Shown piece by piece: positions 27,801-34,564 of a DNA stretch of 64,000 nt. Every line of letters begins with the position of its first letter. Within the stretch, counting starts at the first letter, position 1. This DNA is from an uncultured Candidatus Binatia bacterium. Its GTDB lineage: Bacteria; Desulfobacterota; Binatia; Bin18. Below the pieces are notes generated by a model, which searched no databases, was not told the DNA's origin, and was given only the letters and a program-made list of their open reading frames with translations. The stretch lies in NCBI GenBank assembly GCA_965200965.1, contig OZ241744.1, positions 2,560,001-2,624,000 on the forward strand. The letters run 5' to 3'. The position numbers and the translations under genes are program-made.

Positions 27801-28228
27801 ACAAAGGTGTGCAGGCCGTCTGCAGTGACGCCGGCGTGTTTACAATCGGCCAGGGTTTCCAACACGCTGGTGGGAAAGCTGGGCTGGTCGGCCAAGCCAC
27901 CAAACAGGTGCTCAGGGCCGAGCTGGGCGAGCAGATTTTTGACGATCAACGGAGCGGCCAGACGCGGCAGGGGCCGCCAGCCCTGTCGATCCAAACGGTC
28001 TTCGGCACACGCACGGGCAAAATCAATCAGGCGAAAAAACCGCACCCCCACATGGCCACGTCCAGCCCGGGCAATGGCTTGGCGCAGGTGGTCGGCCAGG
28101 GAATCGTGCGGCACAAGGATAGTCAGGGGGATGAGGGGCTGGACCGTCTGGACAGCTTGGACTGCGGCGATACAGGCGTCTTGCAGAACGCCGAACGCAT
28201 CCGTCACAAACACACGCCGTTGGGGCAT
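24881..28228 (-). CDS. addB: ATP-dependent nuclease subunit B (AddB-like, Fe-S PD-(D/E)xK)
   Basis: SPSALETYARCPF, GRIDRID..IIDYKTG, LQLPLY, C-terminal CxxCxxxxxC; adjacent to addA. Confidence 0.9.
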   Translation of the reverse strand: MPQRRVFVTDAFGVLQDACIAAVQAVQTVQPLIPLTILVPHDSLADHLRQAIARAGRGHVGVRFFRLIDFARACAEDRLDRQGWRPLPRLAAPLIVKNLLAQLGPEHLFGGLADQPSFPTSVLETLADCKHAGVTADGLHTFVTRAGLSGVYRKKIESLAMLYGQYQRFLTDRRLYDDQDMLEQAALELEASQRREEDGPRRLSGALFVYGFSDFSPLQRRLIVAALQDRDGLVFFPWRAGNAYAHATPTLSWLRSLGFTSTPLARSAESGLSRLHRSLFEEVPQTTPDRVDDRPHEDISSASAVPVRCLAAPSYSREAREISRMVLSLVRDHRLRFSEIGIVLRDPARYGPLLTETFKNLGIPSWLSGGLPLLHTSAGRALHLLCRMLVEDYAPDRVFEFLRVSQPPYASLLPDAMVQHAQPDRWHALVQQAGIVSGRREWQRGLAQLEKAYEAEKGADQATAVLPMLQACMAFMRGLFAAAEPRPSRPSWHAWADYSWRLYRTYSGTTVYTDHIEELLLDLAQLDLSDQTQHPHRSQSARQDAPTPRLEDWAKAVSQALATQTDRLSPTGQTNGVFIGELSAARGVRFRAVIIPGMVDGGFPRSVRQDPLLLDAERQHLAETLGCELAQRSQHTEEERLLFCLATQSAVEHLILSYPSHDQASGRPQLPSWYLLRVLEALRGQVQTFADLEAWCQRVPLTPVYAGSVQQAQDALEFHLATVEQALASGDVSVLGYLPLASPAFSYAQQAIGQRLDSPHLTAFDGLLKAPEAKRRLHQHLFPSGVCVSPSALETYARCPFLYFLSHVLGLTPTDDAEEMVALSPRQRGLLLHAIVYDFFSQLKAAGQLPMHGQDPQLLVRRLIPIADQHFTRFAELQPTGLPLLWELEQEQLREGLIRLVHQEAADESEFVPHAFEVAFGSAKPQRPHRSPIRDSQFFPDRPVSFSLEDGEPICLQGRIDRIDVSSTEVKARIIDYKTGHLPRGRSQAIVTRPTRTSRLFAAGTALQLPLYLFAARSLRPDLAWESASYVGLGQRVHTVTPMFSEETWPESVRVLRSLLTTLLEGIRSGCFFPHPDTCYPCPFPEICGSQVGKRMRHKRHDPRWAVLHQLHTIG
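25229..25263. repeat. Family B element, in frame in addB
   Basis: caagcgtgatgtccttgtgggccttgtcacgattg, between DYKTG and LQLPLY. Confidence 0.7.
25412..25460 (-). repeat. Family A element, in frame in addB
   Basis: 29 nt identical to 24347-24375; peptide KPQRPHRSP. Confidence 0.88.
26595..26638 (-). repeat. Family A element, in frame in addB
   Basis: gcgtcctgtcttgcgctttgcgaccggtgaggatgctgcgtctg; peptide QTQHPHRSQSARQDA. Confidence 0.82.
27619..27651 (-). repeat. Short family A element in addB (third frame)
   Basis: aaagacgcctcggcccgtcttcctctcgtcttt (33 nt). Confidence 0.75.
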
Positions 28229-28305
28229 GTTGTCCTGCTTACGCGGTTTGTCTTTCTTTTTCAACGATTGTGTGGCTGACAAAGGGGACGCTGCTCTCCT
28301 CGTGA

Positions 28306-28791
28306 TCAGATTTGATCGAGCGCACACACCATCAGCAGCCCGTCTTCGCCGTCGGCGTAATACTTGTGTCGCACGCTGACCGTCTCAAAGCCGAATTTCC
28401 GATAGACCCCAATCGCCGCCCGGTTGCTGCGGCGGACCTCGAGATTGGCCCTGTGGGCTCCCGTCTGCCGGGCTTGGGCCAGGGTCTGGCCCAGCAGTGC
28501 CCGGCCGATCCCGCGGCGGCGACAGTCGGACTGGACGGCAATGTTGAGGATATGAACCTCGTCGATAATCAGCCAGCTACACACATAGCCGACAATACGG
28601 CCCTGGTGTTCAGCCACCACAAAACGCCCGTGGTGGTTGTGGAGTTCGTGGACAAAAGCGGTACGCGTCCAGGCGGTCGGATAGCTGGCACGTTCGATAT
28701 TGAGGATAGCCGGCAGGTCTGCCTCAGTGCAGGGGCGGAGCGATACTGCCCCGCCCGCTTGGAGCGGAGCCGTATCCCTGACGGTCTTCAC
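28306..28791 (-). CDS. rimI: Ribosomal protein S18 alanine N-acetyltransferase
   Basis: EVHILNIAV..RRRGIG..LEVRRSNRAAI..YYADGEDG. Confidence 0.93.
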   Translation of the reverse strand: MKTVRDTAPLQAGGAVSLRPCTEADLPAILNIERASYPTAWTRTAFVHELHNHHGRFVVAEHQGRIVGYVCSWLIIDEVHILNIAVQSDCRRRGIGRALLGQTLAQARQTGAHRANLEVRRSNRAAIGVYRKFGFETVSVRHKYYADGEDGLLMVCALDQI

Positions 28792-28802
28792 CCTGCGCTC
28801 CG

Positions 28803-30158
28803 CTAGCGTTGAAACAGAATCACTTCGAGGGTTTTGTCCCGATAGCGGTGTTTAAAACTTGCGATGGGACGATCAAACGCAATCCGCTTGGTAAAATCGG
28901 GCGGAAAAGCGGGTGAGACAGATGCCAATTTGCGGATATCGGGGTCGGGCATGGTGCCCTTGATCAGAAACTGATCTCCCTGTAACGACAGCTCGTACTC
29001 ATAGTCGGGCATTGCATCGCCAATACCCATCTCTCGCTTGAGGGCAGAGACCGGCACACGGCGCGGAAACTCCAGGCGCAACAGGTAGGCGTTGCTCTCT
29101 TCTTCAACGCTATACGCCTCGCCATAGCGGCGTGAGCGTTCTGTCTTTTCGTCAAACTCGCTGCTGTAATAGCCCTCGACCGGAATAGCGCCCTGCTCTT
29201 GCGAATGCCTGGACCGCATCCCAAGAAACGGAGCGGCCAGGGGAGCGAGGGCCAAGCCGTACGGCGCGCCGCGGAACCTGGCCTCATCGCTTGCCACGCC
29301 TTGGAACAAAGCCTCACGCAGGCGGACTGCGGTCTCGCCCGAGGCGAGCAGCAGGCCAACAAAAATACTCGCGTTGGCCTGCTGGCTGAACAACTCGCCG
29401 CCCGTCGCGGTATAGGCGGCCAGACACAGGGCGGGATACAGAATCATGTTGAGCAGAACATTCATGCCCGTAGATGAGGCAGCGCTAAAGTAGCGCGGGT
29501 CATCGAGCGCTTCTTCCAGGGAGCTTTTGGTCGAAGCGGGCAGCGCACCGAGCAGCGGTTGCAGAAGAGCCACTGCCGAGCCGACTCCAAGAGGGGCGCG
29601 GGCCGGGGCAATACGGGACAGGGCGGCTTCGTAGCTCTCGGCCAACTCGCCGGGAAAGAGTTTTTCGCGGACCTCTTTTTTCGGGACTGAGGCTTTGGGG
29701 GCCGCCGGCTTTGAGGCGACCGCGGCTGGGGCCGCAACAGGAGCGGGAGCCGCGGTCGGTTCGGCCGCGCCGTTGATCTGTGAGGCGGGGGTTTCGGCAG
29801 GAGCCGCGGCCGACACTTCGGCTCCGCCGACCTTGAAACGGGATGGAAAATCACCCTCAAAGCTCTGGTCCGGGTGCAGATCTTTGGCACGCGCAATGAG
29901 AACATCTTCGGTCTCTGGAATGTCCGGGTCGGGGACGCAGCAATCGACCGGGCAGACGGCCGCGCAGGCTTCCTGCTCGTAAAACCCGACACATTCGGTG
30001 CATTTCTGAGGAACGATATAGAAGATATCTTCAGAGATGGCTGGTGATGTCGTGTCCCCGAGTTCCCATTCCACCCCGCCCTGGTAGATGGCGGTGTTGG
30101 GACACTCAGGCTCGCAGGCTCCGCAGTTGATGCAGTCGCTTGTGATCAGTGTCGCCAT
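28803..30158 (-). CDS. YfhL-like 2[4Fe-4S] ferredoxin fused to membrane segment and Hsp20-like C-terminal domain
   Basis: CINCGACEPECP and CTECVG..CAAVCPVDCC; Ala/Pro linker; hydrophobic helices; beta-rich C-terminus. Confidence 0.75.
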   Translation of the reverse strand: MATLITSDCINCGACEPECPNTAIYQGGVEWELGDTTSPAISEDIFYIVPQKCTECVGFYEQEACAAVCPVDCCVPDPDIPETEDVLIARAKDLHPDQSFEGDFPSRFKVGGAEVSAAAPAETPASQINGAAEPTAAPAPVAAPAAVASKPAAPKASVPKKEVREKLFPGELAESYEAALSRIAPARAPLGVGSAVALLQPLLGALPASTKSSLEEALDDPRYFSAASSTGMNVLLNMILYPALCLAAYTATGGELFSQQANASIFVGLLLASGETAVRLREALFQGVASDEARFRGAPYGLALAPLAAPFLGMRSRHSQEQGAIPVEGYYSSEFDEKTERSRRYGEAYSVEEESNAYLLRLEFPRRVPVSALKREMGIGDAMPDYEYELSLQGDQFLIKGTMPDPDIRKLASVSPAFPPDFTKRIAFDRPIASFKHRYRDKTLEVILFQR

Positions 30159-30312
30159 ACGGTCTCCTTACTCAAGACGTGTGCCCATTTCGTATCGGTT
30201 TTGCCGGAAACGGTCAACTTTGACCAGGGGCGGAGGGAGGATCTGGGTTGACACTAAGATATACTTGACGTGGGCTGGACCGGACCACCAACACTGACAA
30301 GGAGGAAAAGCA

Positions 30313-30783
30313 ATGACCACCAAAATGATGACCACGGCCGGGGTGCTGACCACCCTGCTGGCTCTCGGTGCCCCAACTGTGTCCGCGCAGCCGGAGCAGC
30401 AGGTGAACGTCCTGTACAATTACGATCCGTCCTGTAAAGTGGACGGCCGCTGCTTCTGCGGCACGGTGCCTATTCATATTCTTATTCGTGATCTTATTCG
30501 TGAGCCAGACCCATTGCTGCCGCTGCCTCTTCCGCGGCTGCAATGGGAACAAATGCGGCCCCATCCCAAGGCCGACTGAGCCGCCCCAGCCGAGACGATA
30601 AACATCAATACGGCCTGTGCCGAAGAACTCCAGACGCTGCCCAATATCGGCGAGAAAAAGGCCCAGGCCATCATTGACTACCGCACCGAGAACGGCGCGT
30701 TCACATCTCTTGAGGATATCAGGAATGTCCCTGGGGTCGGGGAGAAGACCTGTGAGAGATTGAAGGCCTTCCTGACGCTGTAA
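30313..30783 (+). pseudogene. comEA: ComEA-like HhH DNA-binding protein interrupted by in-frame TGA (30577-30579)
   Basis: GGAGGA RBS, signal peptide; same frame continues after TGA as ININTACAEELQTLPNIGEKKAQAIIDYR..GAFTSLEDIRNVPGVGEKT to TAA 30781-30783. Confidence 0.75.
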
Positions 30784-30822
30784 GAACACGGGCGGGGCCT
30801 CACCCGCCCCACCGCATGGGGC

Positions 30823-31104
30823 TCATGTCCCTGCATGTTTGGCATCGCACTCGGCCCGGCACTGATTTGAATACTCGTCGGCCTCGGTGCCGCACTCACT
30901 CAGCCGATCAAACGCCTCCTGGGCGCGCAGTCTGTCAATACATTCCTGGTTGAGCTTCTCCGAAGCTGACCGACACTCGCTCCGACACGCCGCCAAGGGA
31001 CTCGGCGGCTTTGGCTTGGGTGGCTCTTTTTCTTCCTGACACGCCGTCAGGAACAGGAAGCCGAGGCCAAATAGAAGCCCTGCGACTGCTTTCCAGTGGT
31101 TCAT
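30823..31104 (-). CDS. Small Cys-rich lipoprotein
   Basis: Lipobox FLTAC; six further Cys (CxxxC..C..C..CxxxC); GGAGGG RBS. Confidence 0.7.
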   Translation of the reverse strand: MNHWKAVAGLLFGLGFLFLTACQEEKEPPKPKPPSPLAACRSECRSASEKLNQECIDRLRAQEAFDRLSECGTEADEYSNQCRAECDAKHAGT

Positions 31105-31248
31105 GCCATGCCCTCCACCATCGCTTCCCTTGATATGCGCTCCCTGCTTTCATACCATTGATGTTGCGGCGCGAAAAGGGGAGAAGCAGGAGCCCCCAGT
31201 GCGCCGGATTGTGGATCAATTCTGACCCAACAGACAACAACACCAGGC

Positions 31249-33141
31249 ATGGGTACCAAGGCCACACCGTCATCGTCCAACTCCCAGCCGGCGACCGACT
31301 TTGCCACCAAGCTGGCCACCCTGCCGACGCGGCCCGGGGTGTATCTGTTCAAAGACAGGCGCGGCCGGGTCATCTATGTCGGCAAAGCGAAAAGCCTGCG
31401 TGCCCGCGTCCGGCAATACGCCCGGGGGGGGGACGGGCGACCCCAGATCCGTTTCCTGCTGGCCCAGCTGGCCGATGTAGAGGTCCTGGTCACCCAGAGC
31501 GAAAAAGAAGCCCTGCTGCTTGAAGACACGCTCATCAAGCAGTATACGCCCCGCTACAATATCCAGCTCAAGAACAATACCGGCTACTGGCATGTCAAAA
31601 TTACCAGCCAGGACGCCTGGCCGCGCATGCTGTTGACCCGCCAAGTGAGGAAAGACGGCAGCCGTTATCTAGGGCCTTTTCATTCCAGCCGGGCGGTGCA
31701 GGACACCCTGGAAATCATCCGCAAAGTGTTTCCCCTGCGGACTTGCTCAGACCCGGTGTTTCGCAACCGGACCCGCCCCTGCCTCGAATACCAGATCAAG
31801 CGCTGCTTAGGGCCGTGCGCGCTGCCGGTCGAGCCGGACGAATATCAGCGCCAGCTCAAGGGCGCGCTGCTGCTCCTTGAAGGCAAAAATACCCAGCTTA
31901 CAGCCCAACTGACGACCCGCATGAACGAGGCGGCCGCAGACCTGCGCTACGAAGCCGCGGCCCGCCTGCGGGATCAACTCCGGGCTGTTCAGCAGACCAC
32001 CGAAAAACAGCAGGTCGCCGCTCCGCTGGGCAATGACCAGGACATGTTTGGCCTGTACCGCGAGGGCGGGCTGATTGAAGGCCAAGTGCTCTTTGTGCGG
32101 GCCGGCAAGCTGGTCGGCAACCTCGGCTACAGCTTCGCCGACAACGAGTTCCCGGATGAGGAAGTCCTGTCCGAACTGCTGACCCAGTTCTATCAGGGCG
32201 GTCGGTTTGTGCCCGATGAGATTGTGTTGCCGCTCCCACTCGAAGACGCCGCCGCGCGGTCTGAACTGCTGGGCGAGCGCAAGGGAAAAAAAGTCACTTT
32301 TGTGTGTCCCCGGCGGGGCGCAAAGCTGCGCCTGGTCAGGATGGCGGTTGAGAATGCCCGCCACAGCTTTTTAGAAAAACGCCGGGGTGACGAACAGCGC
32401 GAGCGGGCGCTCGAGGGCTTGCGGGTCGGCCTGCGGCTGCGGGCCGCCCCAAAGCGCATTGAGTGCTTTGATATTTCCAATATCCAGGGCAGGCTGGCGG
32501 TTGGCTCGCTCGTCGTGTTTGACGAGGGCGAACCGGATAAAAGTCGCTACCGTCGTTTTCGGATTAAAACGGTGGATGGGGCGGATGATTTTGCCATGAT
32601 GTACGAGGTCCTGACGCGCCGTTACACGCGCGCCCTGGCCGACGAGGACCTGCCCGACCTGTTGATGGTTGACGGTGGCAAAGGCCAGCTGGGGGTTGCC
32701 GTCCAGGTGTTCAAAGAGCTGGCCATCGATCAGGTTGATCTGATCGGTCTGGCCAAGATGCGGACCGAGCGCAACCCGTTTGGCGAGGAGGTGACCCGGT
32801 CTGCCGAACGGGTTTTTGTCCCGGGCCGCAAAAACCCGATTCTCCTCAAGCAGAACTCCAGCGCGCTGTTCCTCCTCCAGCGGGTGCGAGACGAGGCCCA
32901 CCGCTTTGCTATCAGCTATCACCGTCAGATGCGCGCCAAAGAACGGCTGAGTTCCTCCCTCGATACCATCCCGGGGATTGGTCCCAGCCGCCGCAAGGCC
33001 CTGCTGCGGCATTTTGGCAGCGTAAAGCGGGTCCGGGCGGCCAGCCGTGAGGAACTCGCCGCGGTGCCGGGCATCACGCCGGCCCTTGCCGAAGCCATTG
33101 TGCGTCATCTGGAGACGGCGCAGGGCAGGCCGGCAGAGTGA
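31249..33141 (+). CDS. uvrC: Excinuclease ABC subunit C
   Basis: GIY-YIG (PGVYLF..YVGKAKSLR), RIECFDISN, DGGKGQL, RDEAHRFAI, HhH. Confidence 0.98.
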   Translation: MGTKATPSSSNSQPATDFATKLATLPTRPGVYLFKDRRGRVIYVGKAKSLRARVRQYARGGDGRPQIRFLLAQLADVEVLVTQSEKEALLLEDTLIKQYTPRYNIQLKNNTGYWHVKITSQDAWPRMLLTRQVRKDGSRYLGPFHSSRAVQDTLEIIRKVFPLRTCSDPVFRNRTRPCLEYQIKRCLGPCALPVEPDEYQRQLKGALLLLEGKNTQLTAQLTTRMNEAAADLRYEAAARLRDQLRAVQQTTEKQQVAAPLGNDQDMFGLYREGGLIEGQVLFVRAGKLVGNLGYSFADNEFPDEEVLSELLTQFYQGGRFVPDEIVLPLPLEDAAARSELLGERKGKKVTFVCPRRGAKLRLVRMAVENARHSFLEKRRGDEQRERALEGLRVGLRLRAAPKRIECFDISNIQGRLAVGSLVVFDEGEPDKSRYRRFRIKTVDGADDFAMMYEVLTRRYTRALADEDLPDLLMVDGGKGQLGVAVQVFKELAIDQVDLIGLAKMRTERNPFGEEVTRSAERVFVPGRKNPILLKQNSSALFLLQRVRDEAHRFAISYHRQMRAKERLSSSLDTIPGIGPSRRKALLRHFGSVKRVRAASREELAAVPGITPALAEAIVRHLETAQGRPAE

Positions 33142-33236
33142 GCTGCTGACAGCTTCGTGTCACCAGGAACGGCAAGCCCTTGCAAAGACAAGTCTTACAT
33201 GACAGGATTGGGCATCTTTAACCGGGAGGCATATGT

Positions 33237-34514
33237 ATGGACCGGCTCAAGACTATCAACACGCACGTTACGGCGACGACAGAGACAATTTCGTCGGCCT
33301 ATGTGCCCCCCCTCCAACTCACACAAGGCCAGCCACCACCCATCGCTGCAAATGGAGGCTTATCCTACATGTCGTTCGATCGGGGCGGGGACGCGGGGAC
33401 TGCTGCGGCAATGGAGGCGGCCCTCCGCCTGATTGCTGAGGGGGAGGGGCAGGCGATTATCGACATGCTCGACAAGGCTCCCCCCGGCCCTGTCAAGACC
33501 AAGTGGGGCGTCGGGTTTCGCAGCTACGCAGAATGCCTGGACTATATCCGGGCGAACAACATCACAGCCCCTGAAGGCGGCCTCGCGCTGCCGCTGCGCT
33601 ACACCGTCTATGAGTGGCCGTCCTACTCCATCGTCCCGTCCAACGCACTCTGGCGGGACCCGAGGCGCGAGGCCCAAGCAAAAGCCTTGAGCAGGGAAGA
33701 GCAGGACATTGGGCGGCGATGCCTCTATTTTCCGCAGGTGATGCGCGACGCCCGACGAATGCAGGAGTACTACCCAGGTCTCTCGCCCAACAGCCCTGAA
33801 TGCATGGATAAGCTCGGCGTTTCGCTGGCGCACTGCGAGTCCAAGTGCCAGAACTTCTACGACGCCGCGGAGGTGGAGCGCGTGTTCTACCCTGAGATGG
33901 AGAAGCTCCTCTTGGAGTTTTTCCCAGACGCGACGGACGCGCTTGTGTACAACCACGACGTGTTTGACAAAGACTACAAGGGCGATCGCACGGAGGACCA
34001 GGACAACAAGAACCCGGGTGTGAACGCCAACTACGCCAACATCGTCCACAATGACCTGAACGACAACAGCGGCCGCGTGCGCTGCCGCGAACTGCTCACA
34101 CAGAACCTGCGGAACTTCGGGCGCGAACAGCACTACACCGAGGAGCAGGCCGACGCCAAGATGTCGCGGCGGTTCATGTCGATCAACCTCGCCAAGCCGA
34201 TGGAGACCGTGCGCCAGAACCCCTTTGTGCTCTGCGCCTGGCCCTCTTTTGCCGACCAGCCGTACATCACCAACTACCGTGTCTACGACGACCGCGTCGG
34301 CGAGACCACCCGCTTCACCTACCGTCCCGACCACGAGTGGTACTGGTTTCCCCAGCAGAAGCCCACCGAGGTCTCAATGCTCAAGTGCTACGACTCTGTC
34401 ACGGACGGCTCGGTCTCGCGCTGGTCTTTCCACACTGCCTGCATTGACCCCACCACGCCCGAGGACGCTCCCTGCCGCAAGAACGTCGTGGTCCGCTCCT
34501 TCGTCTTCTTCTGA
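33237..34514 (+). CDS. CmcJ/NvfI (AsaB-like) family oxidoreductase with N-terminal extension
   Basis: VFYPEMEKLL, IVHNDL, HEWYWFPQQKPTEVSMLKCYDS, SFHTACIDP, VVVRSFVFF. Confidence 0.7.
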   Translation: MDRLKTINTHVTATTETISSAYVPPLQLTQGQPPPIAANGGLSYMSFDRGGDAGTAAAMEAALRLIAEGEGQAIIDMLDKAPPGPVKTKWGVGFRSYAECLDYIRANNITAPEGGLALPLRYTVYEWPSYSIVPSNALWRDPRREAQAKALSREEQDIGRRCLYFPQVMRDARRMQEYYPGLSPNSPECMDKLGVSLAHCESKCQNFYDAAEVERVFYPEMEKLLLEFFPDATDALVYNHDVFDKDYKGDRTEDQDNKNPGVNANYANIVHNDLNDNSGRVRCRELLTQNLRNFGREQHYTEEQADAKMSRRFMSINLAKPMETVRQNPFVLCAWPSFADQPYITNYRVYDDRVGETTRFTYRPDHEWYWFPQQKPTEVSMLKCYDSVTDGSVSRWSFHTACIDPTTPEDAPCRKNVVVRSFVFF

Positions 34515-34564
34515 GAACACTCGGATTCGCCGTCGGCCGGCACAGACACGGCCAGAGCGGACTG

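Noticed and set aside
30577-30579. TGA as selenocysteine in comEA
   Set aside because: Lies in a linker, not a redox motif; no convincing SECIS-like hairpin immediately downstream
30214-30789. 191-aa minus-strand ORF
   Set aside because: Antisense shadow of the comEA frame
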